A stretch of DNA of 64,000 nt, from sequence record MN648445. The stretch is one strand, 5' to 3'. Source of the stretch: Escherichia phage FP43. A program made the translations under genes and the position numbers. The notes beneath the pieces are model-generated. The model had not been told where the DNA came from and did no database searches. It was given only the letters and a program-made list of their open reading frames with translations. Shown here one piece after another: positions 1 through 8,887 of the stretch (position 1 is the first letter of the stretch; each line of letters starts with the position of its first letter).

Positions 1-2247
1 TTCATTTGCTTTATAAATATCAAGAGTATAATGGTTCCACAAGGTTCCTTCTTCAATAAGTCCGGAATCAGAATTAACACTGGTACGGTCAGAAGAATCA
101 AAATGAGTTTTAATTTTCAGTGGAGTCGAGATACGAGTATCATCAGTTCCAGTATCAAATTCAACTTGCGTAGCAATTTCGGCTATGCCGGATAATCCTT
201 CCGTAGCTTTCCTATCATTTAACGTCTTAGGCGTTACTGCACGTGTATAATCAGTCCCAGCATTAGTTTCTGCTTGCGTAGCAATTTCAATTAAACCAAT
301 ACGTCCATCAGTAGAAGTTTTCTTATGTAGTGTTTCAGGAGTTACTACAGCGTGAGAATAACCTGCTTGTGATTGACCAGCAATTACTTCACTATCAACA
401 GCTAAAATTACTGCACCTTGTTGAGCATAAGTTGCTTTATATTGGTCAAGGGCTTTAGGAGAAATAGTTAAATTATTTACGGTTTTATTATAAACGTTAG
501 TGCCTGCAGCCCCACGAGTTTCAGCAGGAGTAGCAGAAGTAGTTGATACATATTTAACTATACCAGACAGTGTTTCAGAACCCTGACGTGCCTGTAATTT
601 CTTAGGTGTAATAATCGTTGTGTCATCAAGACCAGCATCGGTTTCAACCTGAGTAGCAATTTCAGCAAGACCACGACGAGTTTCAGTTGCTGTACGCTCA
701 TTTAATTTTTTAGGCGTAACAATAGTATCGTCCACAAATGCTGCTGTGGAATTCTGGTTAACTTGTGCTGTTGTAGCAATTTTAGCGATACCACGTCGAG
801 CTTCAGTTGCTGTACGATTTGCCAACGTTTCAGGAGTAATAGCCACTTCTTTAGCTGGAGTATTCTCTAAATCAACATTTGCTTGCGCTTGAGTAGCAAG
901 AGCAATAACACCTAAACGAGCTCGTGTAGCATCAGTTCCAGCATCGACACGTTCTACGGTTGGGACGTTTTGTTGAACAACCCAATAACGTGTACCAGCA
1001 ACGGTGTCTTCGATATACGCTAATTCTAATACAGGAACATATGAAGTAGTGCCATTGAATTCTAGTTCAGTAACAGAGACCCATTGAGCATCAGGTGGAT
1101 ATTCAGAACGTTTAGGGAACTGAAGCAATGCAACAGTGGAAGCAATTGTATCACCTTCGGCAGCTTTAATTTTTACTGTTTGGCCTTTACGCATGTAGTT
1201 CATTGAAATTTTAACAGTGTCACCACTCAAAATTCCGGTAGGCAGCGTAAGATTAATAGTTCCGGTTGTAGCGTTATTTGTGCCAAAGATAAGAACTTCT
1301 TCATTTGGACGAATATTTGAATCCGCACGGATAATACGAAGACGCGATTTCTGGTCGCCTTCCCATATACGCCATAAACTATTTGCAGCATCAAAAACAA
1401 AAAACGCGTCAGAGTCATTTCTGCCTTCAGCAATATGAGTCCCGACTTCACCAATAGACGTTGTATCATCAAATGTTTTAACAATTGTATGATACAGTGG
1501 GTTTAATCTATCTAAATCGACTAGGCTGATTATATCACCATTGTTAGCATTACGTGGAAGTGTAATGTTGATTGGTGCTGCACTAGTAAAACGACGAACG
1601 ATAAAATCATTTGCTTGTGCTTGATATGGTGTCGCAGGTGTAACAGTGATTGATTCTTTACCATAATCGGTAATATACATCTGCCACAAACGATTACTAA
1701 ACACAAACAATAGTTGTGAACGTGGGCGCGTCATTAAAACCGTACGAACTTGTTCACCTCTAAAGTTTAAAATACTCTGTACAGACGCGTTAATCTGTAC
1801 TTTAACTGTCCCGGTTCGTCCACCAATATCAGCCAAAACAACAGTATCACCATCAACTGGAGTATTTGGCAATGTAAAAACCATATCATTGCCGGCCCCA
1901 GTGTTAACCGAAATCGATTCACCTGAAGAAAGTTGATAAGTCCCAGAAGCGACAGTTATCCATTGTGCATCAGTACGAACTGCACGCCATTGTAAAAGGT
2001 TAAATGCCCCGGAAGGAGACACGATATCATTTATTGCTTGATATAAACGGTTGTCATAAAGAACAACAAATCCTTTGTTGTATCCACGCGTAGAATCATA
2101 TACTTGAACGGTGTTTTCTTGTACCAGGAAGTCAACGTTTACGCCATCAGTACCTACTGTACGGTCGGCTAATGCTACGTTAACAATCTTGTCGCCACCG
2201 GCGTCCAGACCGTCTTCGGCTCTGAACTTACGTTTGATGTCGGCCAT
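1..2247 (-). CDS. 34: Long tail fiber proximal subunit gp34, N-terminal ~749 codons (partial; continues beyond window start)
   Basis: Minus-strand ORF from ATG at 2247 with no stop in window; translation begins MADIKRKFRAEDGLDAGGDKIVNVALADRTVGTDGVNVD, matching T4 gp34 N-terminus by recall; divergent from rnh as in T4. Confidence 0.85.
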   Translation of the reverse strand, partial: MADIKRKFRAEDGLDAGGDKIVNVALADRTVGTDGVNVDFLVQENTVQVYDSTRGYNKGFVVLYDNRLYQAINDIVSPSGAFNLLQWRAVRTDAQWITVASGTYQLSSGESISVNTGAGNDMVFTLPNTPVDGDTVVLADIGGRTGTVKVQINASVQSILNFRGEQVRTVLMTRPRSQLLFVFSNRLWQMYITDYGKESITVTPATPYQAQANDFIVRRFTSAAPINITLPRNANNGDIISLVDLDRLNPLYHTIVKTFDDTTSIGEVGTHIAEGRNDSDAFFVFDAANSLWRIWEGDQKSRLRIIRADSNIRPNEEVLIFGTNNATTGTINLTLPTGILSGDTVKISMNYMRKGQTVKIKAAEGDTIASTVALLQFPKRSEYPPDAQWVSVTELEFNGTTSYVPVLELAYIEDTVAGTRYWVVQQNVPTVERVDAGTDATRARLGVIALATQAQANVDLENTPAKEVAITPETLANRTATEARRGIAKIATTAQVNQNSTAAFVDDTIVTPKKLNERTATETRRGLAEIATQVETDAGLDDTTIITPKKLQARQGSETLSGIVKYVSTTSATPAETRGAAGTNVYNKTVNNLTISPKALDQYKATYAQQGAVILAVDSEVIAGQSQAGYSHAVVTPETLHKKTSTDGRIGLIEIATQAETNAGTDYTRAVTPKTLNDRKATEGLSGIAEIATQVEFDTGTDDTRISTPLKIKTHFDSSDRTSVNSDSGLIEEGTLWNHYTLDIYKANE
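130..900 (-). repeat. Degenerate tandem coding repeats inside gp34 (repeated R-x-T-E-x-R-R-G-I/L-A-E/K-I-A-T-Q units)
   Basis: Recurring DNA motif gcttgcgtagcaatttc / gagtagcaatttcagc / tgtagcaattttagcgatacc at roughly 100-150 bp intervals; protein-domain repeats, not a mobile element. Confidence 0.6.
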
Positions 2248-2277
2248 TCGTTTTTCCTTTATTGTTTCAATAATACT

Positions 2278-2285
2278 TATTTATA
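2278..2285 (-). promoter_or_regulatory. Late promoter (TATAAATA) for gene 34
   Basis: Exact TATAAATA on minus strand about 30 nt upstream of gene 34 ATG. Confidence 0.6.
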
Positions 2286-2288
2286 CCA

Positions 2289-2318
2289 GTTTACGCTTTC
2301 AAATGAGTGTGTTACTAT
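2289..2318 (+). promoter_or_regulatory. Early promoter upstream of rnh
   Basis: GTTTAC (2289-2294), 18-nt spacer, TGTGTTACTAT -10 region (2313-2318), about 30 nt before rnh ATG. Confidence 0.6.
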
Positions 2319-2350
2319 AGACAAGTTGACTAACTGAACAAGAGGTTCAT

Positions 2351-3268
2351 ATGGATTTAGAAATGATGTTGGATGAAGATTACAAAGAAGGTATTGCACT
2401 TGCCGACTTTAGTAACATTGCGTTGGCAGCCGCATTAAACAACTTTGAAGATGGCGATAAAATTACTGTTCCAATGGTTCGCCATGTAATATTGAATTCA
2501 ATTCGTAAAAACGTAGTGATGTTCCGTAAGCAAGGCTATACAAAATTTGTATTGTGTATGGATAATGCTACTTCAGGTTATTGGCGACGTGACTTTGCTT
2601 ACTATTACAAGAAAAATCGCAAAACCGATCGTGAAGCTTCAAAGTGGGATTGGGAAGGATATTTTACTGCACTCCATCAAGTTGTTGATGAGATTAAGAA
2701 ATACATGCCATACGTTGTAATGGATATTGACAAGTATGAAGCGGATGACCATATCGGTGTATTAACTAAATATTTGTCATTAGCTGGTCATAAGGTATGT
2801 ATTGTTGCATCAGATGGTGACTTTACACAATTACACAAATATCCTAACGTTAAACAGTGGTCGCCACCACAGAAAAAATGGGTTAAAATTAAGAATGGTT
2901 CTGCTGAAATTGATTGCATGACTAAAATTCTTAAAGGCGACCGTAAGGATGGTGTTGCATCTGTTCGAGTTCGTGGTGACTTCTGGTTTACTCGAGTTGA
3001 AGGTGAACGAACTCCAAGCATGAAAACATCAATTATTGAAGCAATTGCTAACGACCGTTCTCAAGCTGAAGTATTATTAAGTGCAGAAGAATATAAACGG
3101 TATCAAGAAAATTTGGTTCTCATTGATTTTGATTATATCCCTGATAATATTGCTTCAACCATTATAGAGTATTATAACTCGTATAAACAACAACCTAAAG
3201 GCAAGATTTATTCATACTTTGTAAAATCTGGTCTTTCTAAATTAACAAGTGTAATTAATGAATTCTGA
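2351..3268 (+). CDS. rnh: RNase H (5'-3' exonuclease / flap endonuclease)
   Basis: 305-aa ORF, same length as T4 RNase H; N-terminus MDLEMMLDEDYKEG matches T4 by recall. Confidence 0.9.
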   Translation: MDLEMMLDEDYKEGIALADFSNIALAAALNNFEDGDKITVPMVRHVILNSIRKNVVMFRKQGYTKFVLCMDNATSGYWRRDFAYYYKKNRKTDREASKWDWEGYFTALHQVVDEIKKYMPYVVMDIDKYEADDHIGVLTKYLSLAGHKVCIVASDGDFTQLHKYPNVKQWSPPQKKWVKIKNGSAEIDCMTKILKGDRKDGVASVRVRGDFWFTRVEGERTPSMKTSIIEAIANDRSQAEVLLSAEEYKRYQENLVLIDFDYIPDNIASTIIEYYNSYKQQPKGKIYSYFVKSGLSKLTSVINEF

Positions 3269-3275
3269 GGTAAAC

Positions 3276-3545
3276 ATGGCTAAGAAAGAAGCAGTTGAAT
3301 TTAATCAAGATGTGCATGGTGAAGAACTGGCTAAACTAGTCAAGGAAGCTTCCGATAACAAACTTAAAATTTCTGGTTATAATGAACTGATTAAAGACAT
3401 TCGTACTCGTGCTAAAGAAGAGCTTGGTGTCGATGGAAAAATGTTTAATCGTTTGTTAGCTCTTTATCATAAAGATGCTCGTGACCAATTTGAAGCTGAA
3501 AACGAAGAGGTAGTCGAGCTTTATGACACAGTTTTCACTAAGTGA
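3276..3545 (+). CDS. dsbA: Double-stranded DNA binding protein DsbA (late transcription enhancer)
   Basis: 89 aa from ATG 3276 (MAKKEAVEF...), RBS GAGG upstream; matches T4 DsbA length and sequence by recall; track ORF start 3258 is an upstream in-frame ATG. Confidence 0.85.
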   Translation: MAKKEAVEFNQDVHGEELAKLVKEASDNKLKISGYNELIKDIRTRAKEELGVDGKMFNRLLALYHKDARDQFEAENEEVVELYDTVFTK

Positions 3546-3861
3546 TATTAAACCGGTTGATGAGGCCGGTTTATCTGAACAAGAATTAGCAGTAAAACAT
3601 GATAAAGATGATATCGCTAAATTGCTTGACCGCCAAGAAAACGGATTCATTATCGAATCTATGGTTGAACAATTTGGTATGTCTTATTTAGAAGCAACAA
3701 CTGCTTTCTTGGAAGAAAATTCTATTCCAGAAACACAATTTGCTAAATTTATTCCTACAGGAATTGTTGAAAAAATTACAAGCGAAGCAATTGACGAAAA
3801 CATGCTTCGCCCATCAGTTGCTCGTGGTGAAAAAACTAATACGTTAGATTTCTTATTATGA
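3523..3861 (+). CDS. 33: Late transcription accessory protein gp33
   Basis: 112-aa ORF MTQFSLSDIKPVDEAGLSEQEL; same length and sequence pattern as T4 gp33; synteny. Confidence 0.85.
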   Translation: MTQFSLSDIKPVDEAGLSEQELAVKHDKDDIAKLLDRQENGFIIESMVEQFGMSYLEATTAFLEENSIPETQFAKFIPTGIVEKITSEAIDENMLRPSVARGEKTNTLDFLL

Positions 3862-4511
3862 TTAAAATACGCATGCCTCCTGATGGAGAACGTTATATTA
3901 ACGGAAAATCGGTATACAAACTATACTTGATGTGCAAACAACATTTTAATGGTCGGTATGACGTAATCAAATATAACTGGTGCATGCGTGTTTCGGATAA
4001 TGCGTATCAAAAACGCCGAGATAAATATTTCTTTGAAAAACTAGCAGAGAAATATAAATTGAAGGAACTCACCTTGATATTCATAAGCAACTTAGTTGCT
4101 AACCAAGACGCATGGATTGGTGAGATATCAGACGCTGATGCATTAGTTTTCTATAGGGAATATATTGGACGTCTCAAACAAGCTAAAGAGACGTTTGCCG
4201 AAGACGTACGTAACATCTACTATTTCAGTAAGAAAGTTGAAGTTAGTGCGCTTCAAGAGATATTTGATTATAATAACAACGTTCAGTCGAGCTACATATT
4301 CAAATTGCTACAAAGCAATATAATTTCATTTGAAACCTTCTTGTTGTTGGATTCATTCTTGAATATTATAGATAAGCATGACGAACTTACTGACAATTTA
4401 GTCTGGCAAAATTATTCTACAAAATTAAAGGCATATCGAAAAATACTTCAAATCGATGGAAATGCTGCTAAGAAATTGTTCATAGAAACAATCAAATCAT
4501 GTAAGTATTAA
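3858..4511 (+). CDS. 59: Helicase loader gp59
   Basis: 217-aa ORF MIKIRMPPDGERYINGKSVYKLY, same length as T4 gp59; ATGA overlap with gene 33 stop. Confidence 0.9.
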   Translation: MIKIRMPPDGERYINGKSVYKLYLMCKQHFNGRYDVIKYNWCMRVSDNAYQKRRDKYFFEKLAEKYKLKELTLIFISNLVANQDAWIGEISDADALVFYREYIGRLKQAKETFAEDVRNIYYFSKKVEVSALQEIFDYNNNVQSSYIFKLLQSNIISFETFLLLDSFLNIIDKHDELTDNLVWQNYSTKLKAYRKILQIDGNAAKKLFIETIKSCKY

Positions 4512-4540
4512 GCTTTATTTCTTGTGTGTTAAAATTACTT

Positions 4541-4548
4541 TATAAATA
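4541..4548 (+). promoter_or_regulatory. Late promoter (TATAAATA) upstream of gene 32
   Basis: Exact TATAAATA 80 nt upstream of gene 32 ATG. Confidence 0.5.
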
Positions 4549-4555
4549 AATCATA

Positions 4556-4627
4556 CCAGCTACGAGGTATAAGTGTCGTAGCAACCAACTGTAAATAAAT
4601 TAAATAATCTAAATAAAGGTAAATATA
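4556..4627 (+). promoter_or_regulatory. Gene 32 5' leader: probable autoregulatory translational operator (stem/pseudoknot plus A/U-rich tract)
   Basis: Stem gctacg...cgtagc (4559-4582) followed by long A/U-rich unstructured run aaataaattaaataatctaaataaaggtaaatata ending at ATG; architecture of the T4 gp32 operator. Confidence 0.5.
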
Positions 4628-5527
4628 ATGTTTAAACGTAAATCTACTGCTGACCTCGCTGCTCAAATGGCTAAACTGAACGGTAACAAAGGTTTCTCTT
4701 CAGAAGATAAAGGCGAATGGAAGCTGAAGCTAGATGCATCAGGTAATGGTCAAGCGGTAATTCGTTTCCTGCCAGCAAAAACTGATGACGCACTACCATT
4801 TGCAATTCTTGTTAACCACGGTTTCAAGAAAAATGGTAAATGGTATATTGAAAATTGCTCTTCTACACATGGTGATTACGACTCTTGTCCTGTATGTCAG
4901 TACATTATTAAAAATGACCTGTACAATACCAACAAAACTGAATATTCTCAACTGAAACGTAAAACTTCTTATTGGGCTAATATTCTGGTTGTTAAAGACC
5001 CTCAAGCTCCAGATAACGAAGGTAAAGTATTTAAATATCGTTTCGGTAAAAAGATTTGGGACAAAATCAATGCAATGATTGCAGTTGATACCGAAATGGG
5101 TGAAACTCCGGTTGATGTTACTTGCCCGTTTGAAGGTGCCAACTTCGTTCTGAAAGCTAAGCAGGTTTCCGGTTTTAGCAACTATGACGAATCTAAATTC
5201 TTGGGTCAATCTGAAATTCCTCGTATTAATGACGAAGCATTCCAGAAAGAACTATATGACCAGATGGTAGACCTTACTACTTTGACGGCTAAAGACCAGT
5301 TCAAATCCTTTGAAAAATTAAATGAATCTTTCGCTAAGGTTCTTGGTACTGCCGCTCTTGGTGGTGCAGCAGCTGCCGCAGCTTCTGTTGCAGATAAAGT
5401 TGCTTCTGACCTCGACGATTTTGATAAAGACATGGAAGCCTTTAGTTCTGCAAAAACTGAAGATGACTTCATGAGTTCCTCGTCTTCTGACGATGGCGAC
5501 CTCGATGACCTGTTAGCTGGTCTATAA
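4628..5527 (+). CDS. 32: Single-stranded DNA binding protein gp32
   Basis: 299-aa [39 protein letters not shown]; acidic C-terminal tail; near T4 gp32 length (301 aa). Confidence 0.95.
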   Translation: MFKRKSTADLAAQMAKLNGNKGFSSEDKGEWKLKLDASGNGQAVIRFLPAKTDDALPFAILVNHGFKKNGKWYIENCSSTHGDYDSCPVCQYIIKNDLYNTNKTEYSQLKRKTSYWANILVVKDPQAPDNEGKVFKYRFGKKIWDKINAMIAVDTEMGETPVDVTCPFEGANFVLKAKQVSGFSNYDESKFLGQSEIPRINDEAFQKELYDQMVDLTTLTAKDQFKSFEKLNESFAKVLGTAALGGAAAAAASVADKVASDLDDFDKDMEAFSSAKTEDDFMSSSSSDDGDLDDLLAGL

Positions 5528-5533
5528 TAAATT

Positions 5534-5555
5534 GGGAGACTTCGGTCTCCCTTTT
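5534..5555 (+). terminator. Rho-independent terminator after gene 32
   Basis: Hairpin GGGAGAC-TTCG-GTCTCCC followed by TTTT. Confidence 0.75.
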
Positions 5556-5583
5556 GGGCATCTGTAACTTACCTAAAAAAGTT

Positions 5584-5612
5584 GTTTACTTCCTCCAAGG
5601 ACATGATACTAT
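5584..5612 (+). promoter_or_regulatory. Early promoter
   Basis: GTTTAC, 17-nt spacer, GATACTAT; conserved downstream leader CAACAACATGAGGAAAT before ATG 5642. Confidence 0.6.
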
Positions 5613-5641
5613 AGACCTATCAACAACATGAGGAAATCAAG

Positions 5642-6028
5642 ATGGAAATCGGAAAAACTTATATCATTAACCCTTTATTTAAAGATGACTTTGTCCAAGA
5701 AGCTCCACGCAATAACAGCCGGATGCTAGATTTGATCGAGAAACATGGCCCAAGTTTTGTTGTGGAAGAAGATGAATATGATGGCGACGGCTACAACGTA
5801 GTATGTGTAACCATGGAAGATGGCACAGAATGTTCTGCTGGCGGTCCGGCAGAAACTTATTTTGAAATTTATCCTGACGAGTTCAAATACTTCAACGAGG
5901 TGACTTTAGAAAAGCCTCAACCTATTGACGAAGGTATAGTTTTAGGTGTAACAAAAATTCATTGTGTCGTGGATGAAACTAACGTTGACGAAATCATCGA
6001 ACTTTTGCAAAAAACTTTTAAAAAGTAG
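5642..6028 (+). CDS. Hypothetical protein (paralog A of tandem pair)
   Basis: 128-aa ORF MEIGKTYIINP...HGPSFVV; clear sequence similarity to next ORF; own promoter and RBS GAGGAAA. Confidence 0.6.
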   Translation: MEIGKTYIINPLFKDDFVQEAPRNNSRMLDLIEKHGPSFVVEEDEYDGDGYNVVCVTMEDGTECSAGGPAETYFEIYPDEFKYFNEVTLEKPQPIDEGIVLGVTKIHCVVDETNVDEIIELLQKTFKK

Positions 6029-6066
6029 TATACAAAAAGATAGGACTATGTTATAGTAGTCCTATC
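6028..6066 (+). promoter_or_regulatory. Promoter-like element with perfect 10-bp inverted repeat (GTATAC variant -35)
   Basis: GTATAC at 6028-6033; inverted repeat GATAGGACTA (6039-6048) / TAGTCCTATC (6057-6066) around TGTTATAG; followed by CAAAACAAATGAGAGGAAAT leader. Confidence 0.4.
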
Positions 6067-6089
6067 AAAACAAATGAGAGGAAATCAAA

Positions 6090-6452
6090 ATGAAAATTGG
6101 AAAAACTTATATCATCAATCCAGAATGTAAAGCTATCTTCGCCAATGAATGCCCACAAAACGCCGATATGCTGGCTTTGATTGAGCTTCATGGTCCTAGT
6201 TTTGTTGTAAAAGACATGAACACAGATTATGATGATGATAAATGTGTAACCCGTGTAACTATGCGAGACGGTACTGAATTCGGTTTTGATGGTAAGCCAG
6301 GTTCATATTTTGAGCTTTATGATGATGAGTTTAAACACTTCATCGAGGTATCTCCAGAGTCTATTTCTAAACAATCACTCATCTTTGAAGTGACTACGGA
6401 AAATGCTCGAGATGTGATTGCAGAAATTAAAGAAATTTTTGGAATAAAATAG
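6090..6452 (+). CDS. Hypothetical protein (paralog B of tandem pair)
   Basis: 120-aa ORF MKIGKTYIINP...HGPSFVV; paralogous to 5642..6028. Confidence 0.6.
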   Translation: MKIGKTYIINPECKAIFANECPQNADMLALIELHGPSFVVKDMNTDYDDDKCVTRVTMRDGTEFGFDGKPGSYFELYDDEFKHFIEVSPESISKQSLIFEVTTENARDVIAEIKEIFGIK

Positions 6453-6489
6453 TATACAACAGAGTAATGGTGTGATACTATTACTCTGT
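6452..6489 (+). promoter_or_regulatory. Early-type promoter with -10 inside hairpin loop (GTATAC variant -35)
   Basis: GTATAC 6452-6457, 18-nt spacer, GATACTAT 6474-6481; perfect inverted repeat ACAGAGTAAT (6459-6468) / ATTACTCTGT (6480-6489). Confidence 0.45.
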
Positions 6490-6517
6490 CAAAACAAATG
6501 AAGCAACGGAGAATAAA

Positions 6518-6766
6518 ATGAAATTACAACGCCAAAGCATTAACGATTCTGAAGTTAAAGGCAAATGGTACTTCAACATCCTTGATAAAGATGCTGAACT
6601 CCTTGAACAAGCTGAAGCAGCTTTACGTGAAATGGGCTGGAATGAAGAATGTGATGGATGTCCACTTTATGAAGACGGCGAAAGCGCAGGATTCTGGATT
6701 CACCACTCCGACGTTGAAATGTTCAAAGCTGATTGGAAAGTTGTTAAAGCAAATCTGAGGAAATAA
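6518..6766 (+). CDS. Hypothetical protein
   Basis: 82-aa ORF with RBS GGAG; positional equivalent of T4 frd.x ORFs. Confidence 0.5.
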   Translation: MKLQRQSINDSEVKGKWYFNILDKDAELLEQAEAALREMGWNEECDGCPLYEDGESAGFWIHHSDVEMFKADWKVVKANLRK

Positions 6767-6768
6767 AA

Positions 6769-8544
<1,776 letters not shown>

Positions 8545-8545
8545 A

Positions 8546-8800
8546 ATGATTTTACGTTTTATTAATTCATATGGCACCACAATTTTTGAAATGAAAAATC
8601 CAAGTGAACTGGATATCCCTTCACCGAATAGTGAAATCACAGTTAAAGGTGAACGATTCATTTGCCATTCACATGAACGAATTTATGAATATCGTGAATT
8701 TTGTGGTGGATTCGGTATGGAAAAAGAGCCTCTGGTTTATTTCGATATTACAGTCTTGACTCCTAAAGAATATGAAGAAATTATTGCTGAGGATAATTAA
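8546..8800 (+). CDS. Hypothetical protein
   Basis: 84 aa from ATG 8546 immediately after td stop. Confidence 0.45.
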   Translation: MILRFINSYGTTIFEMKNPSELDIPSPNSEITVKGERFICHSHERIYEYREFCGGFGMEKEPLVYFDITVLTPKEYEEIIAEDN

Positions 8801-8829
8801 CGCTTCAGTTTAAAAGTGTATAATAAATT

Positions 8830-8852
8830 AACGGGATAAATACTATCCCGTT
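8830..8852 (+). other. Perfect 9-bp inverted repeat hairpin in nrdA upstream region
   Basis: AACGGGATA-AATAC-TATCCCGTT, preceded by TATAAT at 8819-8824. Confidence 0.4.
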
Positions 8853-8887
8853 TGGAGTAATGATTACTAACCTATGCTGAGGAATAT

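Noticed and set aside
11-18. TATAAATA on the plus strand near the window start
   Set aside because: Lies inside the gp34 coding region on the non-coding strand with no downstream plus-strand gene; likely chance occurrence in AT-rich sequence.
130-900. Repetitive DNA in the first kilobase considered as a possible CRISPR array or mobile-element repeat
   Set aside because: Repeats are degenerate, in-frame and encode the known repeated motif of the long tail fiber protein; no spacer-repeat regularity and no transposase.
3258-3275. Upstream ATG start for dsbA overlapping the rnh stop
   Set aside because: ATG 3276 has a GAGG RBS and gives the 89-aa product matching T4 DsbA; the upstream ATG adds 6 residues with no RBS.
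4793-5209. 138-aa minus-strand ORF inside gene 32
   Set aside because: Lies entirely antisense within the highly conserved gp32 coding sequence, with no promoter or RBS context; typical shadow ORF.
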